A DNA stretch of 61,496 nucleotides from an uncultured Planctomycetota bacterium. GTDB lineage: Bacteria > Planctomycetota > Planctomycetia > Pirellulales > Thermoguttaceae. The position numbers and the translations under genes were made by a program. Each line of letters starts with the position of its first letter. Position 1 is the first letter of the stretch. Under the pieces are notes generated by a model. That model saw nothing but the letters and a program-made list of their open reading frames with translations. It did not search any database and was not told the origin of the DNA. The DNA is taken from the NCBI GenBank assembly GCA_902770245.1, contig CACXSS010000030.1, positions 1-61,496 on the forward strand, read 5' to 3'. Shown here in pieces: positions 15,998-24,972 of this stretch.

Positions 15998-17074
15998 ATG
16001 CCTAAATATATTCTTACTATCGAGAGTTCCTGCGACGAGACTGCGGCGGCGGTTATCGGCGACGACGGCGTTGTCTATGCCGACGCGCTGGCGACTCAGG
16101 AAAAACTGCACGCTCTTTACGGCGGCGTCGTTCCGGAATTGGCGTCCAGAGCGCATTGCCAGCGCATCAACCCGATTCTGGACTTGACACTCAAAAAAGC
16201 TCAAGAGCGCATTCCCGGATTTACATTTAATCAGCTTTCCGCCATCGCCGTTGCCAACGCGCCGGGGCTGGCAGGGTCGCTGCTGGTTGGTCTGACGGCG
16301 GCTAAAACTCTGGCGGTAGTTTTCGATAAACCCTTGATTGCCGTTGACCATCTTCAGGCGCACCTGTACGCCGCCCAGCTCTATGCCAACTCTCAGGCAA
16401 GAGAAGCTGGATTAGAACCGACGAGCGTCTTTCCCTGCGTTGGACTTATCGTATCCGGCGGACATTCCACGCTTTACGAGTGCAAGTCGCCCATTGATTT
16501 CGTTACCCTCGGCTCAACCATAGACGACGCTGCCGGCGAGGCTTTCGATAAGGTCGCCGCCATGCTCGGTCTGCCGTATCCCGGTGGTCCCAGCATCCAA
16601 AAAGCCGCTGTGGACGGGGATCCCAAAGCGTATAATTTTACCCGTTCTTTGCTCAACGACCCGTCTCGACTGGATTTCAGCTTCAGCGGTCTGAAAACCG
16701 CAGTTCGATACGAGCTTGTCGGACCGGGAGAACGCGACTTCCCCGACTTGTCTGAGCAACCCCAGCGTCGAGCCGACTTGGCGGCGTCGTTCCAGGCGGC
16801 TGTCGTAGACTGTCTGGCGGGAAAAGCGGTTTTAGCTCTGAAAAAGACGGGCTATAAAACCCTCTGCGTCGGCGGCGGCGTCGCGGCAAACAAGGCTCTG
16901 CGAGACCGTCTGGAAAAGGAATCTAGAAATCGACATTTTAGTCTGTTTATTCCGCCGTTAAAGCTCTGTACGGACAACGCCGTTATGGGAGCGGTTGCGT
17001 GGGAAATGTATCGCGCTGGGCGATTTGCCGACCTGTCCCTTGACATTGTCCCGGGGTTGAGACGACCAAAATAA
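15998..17074 (+). CDS. tsaD: tRNA N6-adenosine threonylcarbamoyltransferase (Kae1/Gcp family)
   Basis: Matches are ILTIESSCDETAAAV, VDHLQAHL, SGGHS and the GLPYPGGP context. Length is 358 aa. Confidence 0.9.
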   Translation: MPKYILTIESSCDETAAAVIGDDGVVYADALATQEKLHALYGGVVPELASRAHCQRINPILDLTLKKAQERIPGFTFNQLSAIAVANAPGLAGSLLVGLTAAKTLAVVFDKPLIAVDHLQAHLYAAQLYANSQAREAGLEPTSVFPCVGLIVSGGHSTLYECKSPIDFVTLGSTIDDAAGEAFDKVAAMLGLPYPGGPSIQKAAVDGDPKAYNFTRSLLNDPSRLDFSFSGLKTAVRYELVGPGERDFPDLSEQPQRRADLAASFQAAVVDCLAGKAVLALKKTGYKTLCVGGGVAANKALRDRLEKESRNRHFSLFIPPLKLCTDNAVMGAVAWEMYRAGRFADLSLDIVPGLRRPK

Positions 17075-17126
17075 CGGTTTTTGCGGCTAATTCCGCATTG
17101 AGAGTAAATTAATTTTCTGCCCCCCC

Positions 17127-17154
17127 TTGATGAAATATTGACGTTGGGTATAAT
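17127..17154 (+). promoter_or_regulatory. Sigma-70-like promoter TTGATG-N16-TATAAT
   Basis: The hexamers lie at 17127-17132 and 17149-17154, about 150 nt upstream of rpmG. Confidence 0.4.
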
Positions 17155-17306
17155 ACCCAAACTAAATATAATGTTGACTGACGAACGCCAGCAGCCTTTA
17201 GGAGGTATCTTTTCCTTCGTTGGAGTTAGTGATTCGTCAAAAACGATAATCAATTAACGTATAGGCGCAACCGTTTTTCCGGTTCGCCCGAACCAGGAGT
17301 AAAACG

Positions 17307-17471
17307 ATGGCTAAAAGCAAGAAGAAGTCCGAACCTGTATTTCTCGCCTGTGAAGAATGCGGAACCTACAACTACGTCCTGCGCCGCAAACCCGGCGGAG
17401 AAAAGCTCAGTCTGAAAAAGTTCTGCCCCAAGTGCCGCAAGCACGTCAATCACAAGGAAAAGAAGAAATAA
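17307..17471 (+). CDS. rpmG: 50S ribosomal protein L33 (zinc-ribbon type)
   Basis: Below the ORF-track size cutoff. My translation is MAKSKKKSEPVFLACEECGTYNYVLRRKPGGEKLSLKKFCPKCRKHVNHKEKKK, with CxxC..CxxC spacing typical of L33. An AGGAG lies 8 nt upstream. Confidence 0.85.
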   Translation: MAKSKKKSEPVFLACEECGTYNYVLRRKPGGEKLSLKKFCPKCRKHVNHKEKKK

Positions 17472-17493
17472 GTTTCCTATTTTATCGAATTAC

Positions 17494-17527
17494 AAAAACC
17501 GCATGACAATTTGTCGCGCGGTTTTTT
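17494..17527 (+). terminator. Putative intrinsic terminator after rpmG
   Basis: aaaaaccgcatgacaatttgtcgcgcggtttttt forms an imperfect stem followed by a T6 run. Confidence 0.5.
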
Positions 17528-17573
17528 AATTTAATAGGATTGATGGTGAAACTCGGATTGTTATTGAGTTAGA

Positions 17574-17678
17574 AATGAGGAGTGATGAGTGAGGAGCGAG
17601 GACGAATCAAAGCGACCAACGGGAGCGGTTGTTGGCAGACGCGCGGTAGCGCGGACTGGGAGCGGCGCCTCGCCGCTG
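17574..17678. repeat. (GAGGAGT)n array plus mosaic element E2 (CAAAGCGACCAACGGGAGCGG...CGGACTGGGAGCGGCGCCTCGCCGCT)
   Basis: E2 recurs at 30456-30614 with an 88-nt larger middle, and inverted at 57152-57190. Confidence 0.85.
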
Positions 17679-19439
17679 CAGCGTAATTTTGATAAAAACT
17701 GGCAGATTCCTTTACACGATTCCGGCAAAGTTGAGCGGATGTCAAGACAGCTTAACATCCCAGTCGCTCTGGCTCAGCTGTTGTGCGCTCGAAAAATGAC
17801 GCCCGAACAGGGGCGCCGCTATCTGGCGTCGTCTTTTTCTGAGGTCGAACCGCCAACAGCGCTTTATGGCTGCGAAAAGGCGGCGGAACTGATTCTTCAA
17901 GGAATTGACAACAACGAATCGTTCGTTATTTACGGCGACTACGACGTTGACGGGATGTCCGCAACGGTTGTTCTGTATAGAATTATCACCGCCTTGGGCG
18001 GGAAAGTTAACTACTATATTCCCAGCCGACACGACGACGGATACGGTCTGCACAATCATACTGTTGAGAACCTGGCTCAACAGGGATACAACTGGCTCGT
18101 TACCGTAGACTGCGGCATTCGATCTGTGGAAGAAGTCGAGTTGGCAAACCGTTTGGGTCTGAAAACGATTGTAACTGACCATCACCAGCCCCTGGAATCC
18201 GGGGAATTGCCCCCTGCTCTGGCGGTCGTTCATCCGGCGATCCCTCTCAACGGCAAATGCACGCCGGAATTGAGCGGGTCGGCGGTCGCGTTCAAACTGG
18301 CGTGGCAGTTATGCTGTGCGAAAATGAAAAGCTCAAACGTTGGGGAGAGGCTTCGTAACATTCTTCTGGAACTGCTGGGCATAGCGACGCTGGGAATCGT
18401 GGCGGACGTTGTGCCTCTGACTGGAGACAACCGAATTCTTACCGCGAACGGTTTGAAATATTTGCGGAATCGCGCCCCGATTGGCATTTTGGCTCTTTTG
18501 CAGGGATTGAGTCTTCATGAGCAGATTTTAAGCGCCGAGAACATCTCCTATAAAATCGCCCCAACGCTCAACGCCGCCGGACGGGTCGGCGATCCCAACA
18601 AGGCGGTGGAATTGCTCTTGTCGATTCAGCAGCCAAAAGCGCAAAGCCTTGTATCCCAGTTGCTTGAATGGAATTTTAAACGGAAAACTCTGGAACAGGA
18701 GATTTCTCGTCAGGCGGAAGAACTGGTCAAGGAACAATTTCAGTCAGAGGACGATAATCCGTTTCTGGTTTTAGCGGGACAGGACTGGCACGAGGGCGTT
18801 CTGGGAATTGTCGCTTCCAGAATGGTCGAAAAATTTCATCGTCCAACGATTATCCTTTCCATTCCAAATTCTGACGATTCGGAAAAGCCCTGCTCCGGCT
18901 CCGCCCGATCTGTAGAAGACTTTGACGTCGCCGCTGCGCTGGCGCATTGTTCAGACATTCTGACGCGTCATGGCGGTCACAAAATGGCGGCGGGGCTGTC
19001 TGTCAAGAAAAACGATATCAACGCCTTTCGTCAAAAAATCAACGAGTACGCAAAAGAACATAAAGCAGAATTGAACACAGACGCCCCGGAGTACGTTGAC
19101 GCTGAAATACCGCTCTCTGCGATTACAATGGAAACGCTGCTGGCAATGGAATGGATGGAGCCGTTTGGCAAAGAGAACCCGCGCCCAACGTTCATGGCAA
19201 CCAACGTCGGGCTTTACTGCGCTCCGCGGCTGTTAAACAGCTCCGGCGGAGTTCAGTTTGTGTTTTATCAGAATGGCGTAACACTCAACGGCGTTGCGTT
19301 TCAACACCCGTCTTGGGCAAGCGATTTCGTCAATACAGGCAGTCAGGCGTTTGACATCGTCTTTCAGCCCAGTATCAACCGCTTTGCCGGTCGAACCAGC
19401 GTTCAGCTTAAAGTGCTCGACTGGCAAAGCAGAGATTAG
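17589..19439 (+). CDS. recJ: Single-stranded-DNA-specific exonuclease RecJ (exact start uncertain)
   Basis: DHH/DHHA1 features are YGDYDVDGMSA, VTVDCG, IVTDHH and GGHKMAAG. The first ~30 codons of the listed ORF are repeat-encoded. The first ATG is at 17739 (MSRQLNIP), but KNWQIPL upstream looks RecJ-like. Confidence 0.85.
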   Translation: MRSEDESKRPTGAVVGRRAVARTGSGASPLQRNFDKNWQIPLHDSGKVERMSRQLNIPVALAQLLCARKMTPEQGRRYLASSFSEVEPPTALYGCEKAAELILQGIDNNESFVIYGDYDVDGMSATVVLYRIITALGGKVNYYIPSRHDDGYGLHNHTVENLAQQGYNWLVTVDCGIRSVEEVELANRLGLKTIVTDHHQPLESGELPPALAVVHPAIPLNGKCTPELSGSAVAFKLAWQLCCAKMKSSNVGERLRNILLELLGIATLGIVADVVPLTGDNRILTANGLKYLRNRAPIGILALLQGLSLHEQILSAENISYKIAPTLNAAGRVGDPNKAVELLLSIQQPKAQSLVSQLLEWNFKRKTLEQEISRQAEELVKEQFQSEDDNPFLVLAGQDWHEGVLGIVASRMVEKFHRPTIILSIPNSDDSEKPCSGSARSVEDFDVAAALAHCSDILTRHGGHKMAAGLSVKKNDINAFRQKINEYAKEHKAELNTDAPEYVDAEIPLSAITMETLLAMEWMEPFGKENPRPTFMATNVGLYCAPRLLNSSGGVQFVFYQNGVTLNGVAFQHPSWASDFVNTGSQAFDIVFQPSINRFAGRTSVQLKVLDWQSRD

Positions 19440-19522
19440 GCAGCAGGCAAGAGGCAGTAGGCAGTAGTGAAGATTTTTTGTTTCTCGCAACTCGCAACTC
19501 GCAACTCGCCTCTCGCAACTCA
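19436..19522. repeat. Element (TAGGCAG-type)n, then gtgaagatt(ttttgttt), then (CTCGCAA)n, exactly filling the recJ/dhaK convergent gap
   Basis: It is the twin of the intragenic copy at 10289-10355. The recJ TAG stop is part of the first heptamer. Confidence 0.9.
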
Positions 19523-19524
19523 AC

Positions 19525-20523
19525 TTAGCGTACTGTCCAGTACGGCGTATCGCACGGATCTTTCCACAGATCAAGCAGTTCGTCGTCCATCTTGGCAATG
19601 AACATCTGGAACCCGGCGGCTTCCTGAACGGTAAGCATTTCTTCGCATTTGGCGTCTGCGATGATGATGCCTTTGGAATCCAGGTACTTCTTCACGCCAT
19701 TAAGAACGATGAACATTTCCATGTGAGTCGTGGCGCCGGAACCGTTGATAATAACGACGACTTTGTCGCCCGCTTTGGCGTCAACAGCCTGAAGAAGCTG
19801 TTCCGCCATAATCTGAGCGGTTTCGTCAGCGGTTTTGATCTTGCAGCGTCCTCCGCCGCCTTCTCCGTGCTGTCCCATGCCGATTTCCATTTCGTCGTCT
19901 GCCAGTGTGGCGATTTCCTGTCCGGTGGCGGGGTGAGTGGCTCCGCGCATAGCAACAGCCAACGTCGCCATGTTGTCGTTGAACTTGTTGGCAACGCGGC
20001 AGACTTCGTCCAGATTCCAGCCGCGTTCAGCCGCAGCGCCGGCAATCTTCGCCAGAGGAATGCAGCCAACCAGACCGCGGCGATCGGCAATCGGAGCGCC
20101 CAGACCGGCGGAAATGTCTTCGTGAGTGTTGATAGAACGGACGTTAAGTCCTTCGTCTTCCGCCATTTCCATAGCCATGTCGCCGCTCATGACGTCGCCA
20201 GCATGGTTAAGAACGATCAACAGCGTACCGGCTTCCCGATTCATCTTTTCCAGAGCCTTGTAGACGTTCGGTCCGCCTGGCGCGGCAAAAATATCGCCAG
20301 CAACGGAAACGTCAAGCATGCCGTATCCGACAAAACCGCTGATTGCGGGTTCGTGTCCGGTTCCGCCCATCGAAACGATGGCGACCTTGTCGGTCGACTT
20401 GGGGTTGGCGCGGCAGACCAGTTTCTGATCTACGACGATCTTGTCCGGGAACGCGATCTGCATACCGGCTAAAAGTTCTGTGGTCAAGTTTTCAGGGGCG
20501 TTGATGAATTTCTTCATTACCAT
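19525..20523 (-). CDS. dhaK: Dihydroxyacetone kinase, DhaK subunit
   Basis: Matches are MKKFINAPENL, VAIVSMGGTGHEPA and LLIVLNHAGDV. Confidence 0.8.
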   Translation of the reverse strand: MVMKKFINAPENLTTELLAGMQIAFPDKIVVDQKLVCRANPKSTDKVAIVSMGGTGHEPAISGFVGYGMLDVSVAGDIFAAPGGPNVYKALEKMNREAGTLLIVLNHAGDVMSGDMAMEMAEDEGLNVRSINTHEDISAGLGAPIADRRGLVGCIPLAKIAGAAAERGWNLDEVCRVANKFNDNMATLAVAMRGATHPATGQEIATLADDEMEIGMGQHGEGGGGRCKIKTADETAQIMAEQLLQAVDAKAGDKVVVIINGSGATTHMEMFIVLNGVKKYLDSKGIIIADAKCEEMLTVQEAAGFQMFIAKMDDELLDLWKDPCDTPYWTVR

Positions 20524-20684
20524 AACAGGGAATCTCCAATTAAAATATAGGTGAATTATAAAACATTCATAATCAACATTTCTATTATTTTACTTGAATT
20601 GCGAAACCGTTGCAAGACCTCGGACGCCTCAAAAATCAAAAAATTTATGGAAAATTTTGGTAATTGAGAAAGACGTAATTAAAA

Positions 20685-21602
20685 TTATTCATCCTGTTCC
20701 TTCAGCCAGTCTTCAATTGCGTTCGCCATATCGTCGAGCGATTCGTACCGGTCTGCAGGAATGCGAGCCATGGCGCGCTTTGCAATGGCAAGCAAATCAG
20801 GAGAAGATTTCTCATCCAACATATCGAAAAAGGTTTTTCCCAGCGAGTACTGATCCACTTTAGGCGAATTTGCCGCCGGGCTTTGTTGAGCAATGAGTCG
20901 TTCCGGAGCCATGTATTTCATCGTTCCGCCGGTGGGAGGAACGTCAGGCGAGTTCTCTCCTCCGGCGAGGTCAAAGTCGGAAAGTCGAACGGAGCCGGAC
21001 TTGGTAAGAAGAATATTCGCCGGCTTAACGTCTCGATGAACAATCCCGTGCGAATGAGCGTACGCCAGCCCGCGAGCCGACTGTAAAATAATCAGCGCCG
21101 CCGACTGGTCAGGCGTCTTGTCCGGAAAGAGCGTTTTCCAGTTGGTTCTATCCAGACTGGTTCCGTCTACGTATTCCATAACGGTGTAAACGATGTCGTC
21201 CTGCATTCCGGTATCGTAGAAAGCGATGATGTTTTCATGATGAAGTTTTTTCAGAATCTCGGCTTCTCTGACGGCTTGATGCATTCTGTGAACTTTTAAC
21301 GCCGCAGGACGATTGACGGCTGTGTCAAAGACTTCGTAAACTGCGCTCATGCCGCCGTGCCCGATCTCGCGAATAACCCGGTACGTCCCAATTTGCTCCG
21401 GGATTTTTGGAAGTTCCGGCGCCATGGCAACCGTTTTGGTCAATTCCGTTCTTTGAACGTCTTCCAGCATAAGCGTAACAGGAAGAATCTCCTTAAGTTC
21501 CGTTTCATATTGAGGCCAACAGGCGGCAAAAGAACTTATCGAAACGTTCTCTCCGGAACGTACGGATTGCATATACAGTTCTATTATGTCAGGAAGGTTC
21601 AT
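20685..21602 (-). CDS. Ser/Thr protein kinase: a short kinase domain plus a ~70-aa N-terminal region
   Basis: Matches are GHGGMSAVYEV, AALKV, HRDVKPANILL, SDFDLAG and APE. Its start overlaps the sigma-factor stop codon (ATGA). Confidence 0.85.
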   Translation of the reverse strand: MNLPDIIELYMQSVRSGENVSISSFAACWPQYETELKEILPVTLMLEDVQRTELTKTVAMAPELPKIPEQIGTYRVIREIGHGGMSAVYEVFDTAVNRPAALKVHRMHQAVREAEILKKLHHENIIAFYDTGMQDDIVYTVMEYVDGTSLDRTNWKTLFPDKTPDQSAALIILQSARGLAYAHSHGIVHRDVKPANILLTKSGSVRLSDFDLAGGENSPDVPPTGGTMKYMAPERLIAQQSPAANSPKVDQYSLGKTFFDMLDEKSSPDLLAIAKRAMARIPADRYESLDDMANAIEDWLKEQDE

Positions 21603-22183
21603 GGTTTAAATTCCGAAAACTGTTCGACCAGTCCAGTAAGCCGTTTAAGCGCCCGATAATATCTCATTTTAACAGCGTCGACGGAAATATCCAAAATTGC
21701 AGCGCAATCATTGTAGCCCATCTGCTCAAAATGACGCATGATAATAATATCTTTGTCTTGCGGCTGCAGTTCGTCAATTATTTGACGAATAATAATGGCG
21801 CGTTCTTTACGCATTATCTTTTTACTGGGGGATGTAATTGAATCCGCCAGACGGTTGAGAATATCGGTTTGAGAATCGTCGATATTATCATAGACTTCTT
21901 TGTTAGAGTCACGCTTACCAGCTCCGTAATAGCGTTCTTTATCAACAATCGTTTGCATAACGATGTTTCTCAATTTAACCAGCAAAGAAACCTCAGACCT
22001 GTCGTTGAGATAGTCCAAACGCTTGTAGGCTTCAATAAACGCCTCTTGAAGAATATCTTCAACAGGCATGAGTCTTTTCAACCTTTCTGAAGCGCGGCAA
22101 GAAATAACCGCCAGTAATCGATCTCGATACTGTTCTATAGCATTGCCTAATGAAGTTTTTTGAATCGCTTGCTTATCTTCCAT
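21599..22183 (-). CDS. ECF-type RNA polymerase sigma-70 family factor
   Basis: Region 2 reads DILQEAFIEAYKRL. Region 4 reads LQPQDKDIIIMRHFEQMGYNDCAAILDISVDAVKMRYYRALKRL. Confidence 0.8.
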   Translation of the reverse strand: MEDKQAIQKTSLGNAIEQYRDRLLAVISCRASERLKRLMPVEDILQEAFIEAYKRLDYLNDRSEVSLLVKLRNIVMQTIVDKERYYGAGKRDSNKEVYDNIDDSQTDILNRLADSITSPSKKIMRKERAIIIRQIIDELQPQDKDIIIMRHFEQMGYNDCAAILDISVDAVKMRYYRALKRLTGLVEQFSEFKP

Positions 22184-22225
22184 GGTTTCCCCCTTATTAT
22201 CAAAATCCCACGTTGCAACAAGGTT

Positions 22226-22253
22226 ATTTTACCACAAAGAAAGACGTTGTCAA
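22226..22253 (-). promoter_or_regulatory. Sigma-70-like promoter TTGACA-N16-TAAAAT upstream of the sigma/kinase pair
   Basis: On the minus strand the -35 hexamer is at 22248-22253 and the -10 hexamer at 22226-22231. Confidence 0.4.
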
Positions 22254-22365
22254 GAAGTACAAAAAATAAACTCCTATAGCAACTGCAATACCTCAATAAA
22301 TAACTGAAACGCAAGCCGTTGAGTCAAAAACAGAGATAACCGCTTACGCAATTCGTTATTAACCT

Positions 22366-23340
22366 TTATTCTCCGAGGTCAATTTTCAAAGCCAGACTTC
22401 GGTTCTCGTTATACCATTGAATCGTCTTTTCGACGCCTTTTTCAATCGACGTTTTAGGCGACCATTTAAGGACTTTTCTGGCGTGGTCAATGTTGGCGGA
22501 CGTTCGTTTGACGTCAGCGCGATGGGCGGGACGATAATCGATTATCGCCTCTTTGCCCAAAAGACGTCCGATAAGAGCAATTAAATCGTTCAAAACGACT
22601 ACATTGTCTCCGCCGAGATTGAAGATATCGTATCCGACCTTCTTTTCCGCCAGCTGCGTTCCGCGGGCGATGTCGTCAACGTAGGTAAAATCGCGTTCTT
22701 GAGTCCCGTCGCCGAAAAGAATTATCGGCTCGTTCTGATCTATGTGACGAATAAACCGGAAGATGCTCATGTCCGGGCGTCCGGCGGGTCCGTAGACGGT
22801 AAAGTATCGCAGAATAGAGACGTCAATTCCGTGCAAGTGATGGTACGAATGCGCCATCGCTTCCGCAGCCTTTTTGGATGCTGCGTAGGGGGACAGCGGT
22901 TTGTCGGTGCAATCCGTTTCAGAGAACTTTCCCGTCGGGCAGTTACCATACAGGCTGGACGTTGACGCCATGATGTATTTTGAAACGTCAAATTGACGGC
23001 AGGCGTCGAGAAGGTTAAGCGATCCGAGCGTGTTGGAATGATAATAAATCCACGGGTTGACAACGCTGGTTCTTACGCCGGCGCGCGCGGCAAGATTATA
23101 AATTGCCTGCAGATTCTTACAGGATTTAACCTGCTTAAAAACAAAGTCTTTATCTGCGATGTCGCCTTTTTTGAATCGAAAGTTGGGAAACGTCTTGAGG
23201 TTTTTGAGCCGATAATTCTTCAGCCGGCAATCGTAGGCGTCGTTGAGAACGTCAATTCCTAAAACGTCGTTTCCCTGTTCGAGCAGGTTAAGAGTTAATT
23301 TCGAGGCGATAAATCCGGCGCAGCCTGTTACGATATACAT
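22366..23340 (-). CDS. NAD-dependent nucleotide-sugar epimerase/dehydratase (SDR family)
   Basis: Matches are the Rossmann motif VTGCAGFIASKL, the catalytic YAASKKAAE, and the overall UDP-glucuronate/glucose 4-epimerase-like length. Confidence 0.8.
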   Translation of the reverse strand: MYIVTGCAGFIASKLTLNLLEQGNDVLGIDVLNDAYDCRLKNYRLKNLKTFPNFRFKKGDIADKDFVFKQVKSCKNLQAIYNLAARAGVRTSVVNPWIYYHSNTLGSLNLLDACRQFDVSKYIMASTSSLYGNCPTGKFSETDCTDKPLSPYAASKKAAEAMAHSYHHLHGIDVSILRYFTVYGPAGRPDMSIFRFIRHIDQNEPIILFGDGTQERDFTYVDDIARGTQLAEKKVGYDIFNLGGDNVVVLNDLIALIGRLLGKEAIIDYRPAHRADVKRTSANIDHARKVLKWSPKTSIEKGVEKTIQWYNENRSLALKIDLGE

Positions 23341-23379
23341 AAACGCTTATTCTATTCTTTAATGTCTGTTCTCAACCCT

Positions 23380-24558
23380 CTAATTAAGCGGAGCGATATT
23401 CATCAAAATGGGCGGATCAGCGTCCGCAACGGATTCCGGATTGACGGGAATGGCGCTTGGCGAAACATTTTCGGCAGGTCGAACCAAAGACGTTTGAACA
23501 ACCGGAATGACGTTATATTCAGACGGAATTTGGCGCACTGGCGACGCGGGAGACGTTTTCGCAACAACAGGATTTCCCGTTGCCAGGCTGGCAACTTCAT
23601 GATATCCCAACGAGCAGAAATCCGATTCTGTCATAGCAGATCTGGTATTTTTGACTGTTACCACTCTGCTGTTATCGAAACAGTTTTTCAGTTCATGGGG
23701 AACGTTCTGATTCTCCGACAGTCCTGGCAGAGTTTGAGAATCGAGCGGAGACGGAGCGTCTGTCGGGTACGCCTGGTTTGATCCTGAATTTGGCTGAACG
23801 TTCTGAGCTGAGCCGGGCGCGGTTGGAGATGAAAATTCGGATTCAAATCGATTCATGTCGAGACTTCCCGGCAGGAACGACCCTTGAGTGGGCGTATACG
23901 CCTTCGCCTCGCTTTCGGAAATTTCCGTCTGATATTGAACCGGCGCAATAGCGTTGTTATTTTTAGTTGAGTCAGACGCGACCGCTGGAGAGACAGGCGC
24001 CTGAATGGGTTCTGAATTTGGAACGGGCGGCAGATCTGGAACGGGCGGCAGATCCATTGGTCCTGACGTTCCATTTGACGCAACCGTTTGAGAAGAAGGA
24101 GAAGTCATCGGCGAGATATCCATCGGCGAGGCGTTTTCCTCTTTATAGGCGACCGGGGCTGCGTTTTTAGATGCATCCGCATTTGCCTGAGCCGTCATTT
24201 GTTCTACAGCAGCGTAGTTCTGCGCCGGATTGACTGGCGGTTGATTGAGCTGATCCAAAGACTCCGTATATTGAGGACCGTTTGGGTTAGAGTATCCGCT
24301 ATCAGCCAAGCGGCGTTCTCCCAGAGCTATGGTCGCTTCCGGTTTGGCTTTATTGGCTGGAGGGATTATGTCGCCGTCTGTTTGAACAGCCTGGTGGTTT
24401 TCTTTATACGTTGCCAACTGTTCGGTTTTTTCCATGTCTTTTCGACCAAAAGGCCATTTCGGGCCGCCTGTACTGCGACAGCCAACAAGCGAAACGACGA
24501 CTAATAACGCCGCAAGCGCCCATCGGAGCTGAAATCTGTTCATAATGCTAAATTCCAT
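23380..24558 (-). CDS. Hypothetical lipoprotein, Pro/Ser/Asn/Gln-rich and low complexity
   Basis: The signal peptide carries a lipobox (ALLVVVSLVGC). An internal DLPPVPDLPPVP repeat is present. Confidence 0.55.
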   Translation of the reverse strand: MEFSIMNRFQLRWALAALLVVVSLVGCRSTGGPKWPFGRKDMEKTEQLATYKENHQAVQTDGDIIPPANKAKPEATIALGERRLADSGYSNPNGPQYTESLDQLNQPPVNPAQNYAAVEQMTAQANADASKNAAPVAYKEENASPMDISPMTSPSSQTVASNGTSGPMDLPPVPDLPPVPNSEPIQAPVSPAVASDSTKNNNAIAPVQYQTEISESEAKAYTPTQGSFLPGSLDMNRFESEFSSPTAPGSAQNVQPNSGSNQAYPTDAPSPLDSQTLPGLSENQNVPHELKNCFDNSRVVTVKNTRSAMTESDFCSLGYHEVASLATGNPVVAKTSPASPVRQIPSEYNVIPVVQTSLVRPAENVSPSAIPVNPESVADADPPILMNIAPLN

Positions 24559-24863
24559 GACTTGAGTCCATCCATGTCAAAGTCCACAACTTTTGCTGTG
24601 GGTTAAAGGAATTGTGTATTTCAAGAGTTCTTGAACCGTCCATGGCGCAAACAAACTCCGAAAATGCAAGTATATTTCGTCCGCAAATGCAAAACAGAAA
24701 AAACTGTTTTGGCAATAATCCGGACTATAGAGTTTTTTTCTATATGAGTCAAGAGCGATTTTTAAAACTTCTTCTGTAAATATTTTTTAGTACACAAAAC
24801 GTCTCATGGAATCAATAAAAAAACATGCAGACGGGTTGAATTTAAAATTGTTTCTTTTATAAT

Positions 24864-24951
24864 ATTTGTTAACAAATTAAATGCAGGGGGGGATTTTTCT
24901 TGTCAATGTTTGACAAGGCGCCCTGTATTCATAAGAGCTTAAAAAGCTCTT
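24864..24951. promoter_or_regulatory. Three palindromes upstream of the 24973 gene
   Basis: ATTTGTTAACAAAT (24864-24877) is a perfect 14-mer. CTTGTCAA-TGT-TTGACAAG lies at 24899-24917. AAGAGCTT-AAA-AAGCTCTT lies at 24933-24951. Confidence 0.35.
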
Positions 24952-24972
24952 TAACAACACAGAGGTTTATCT

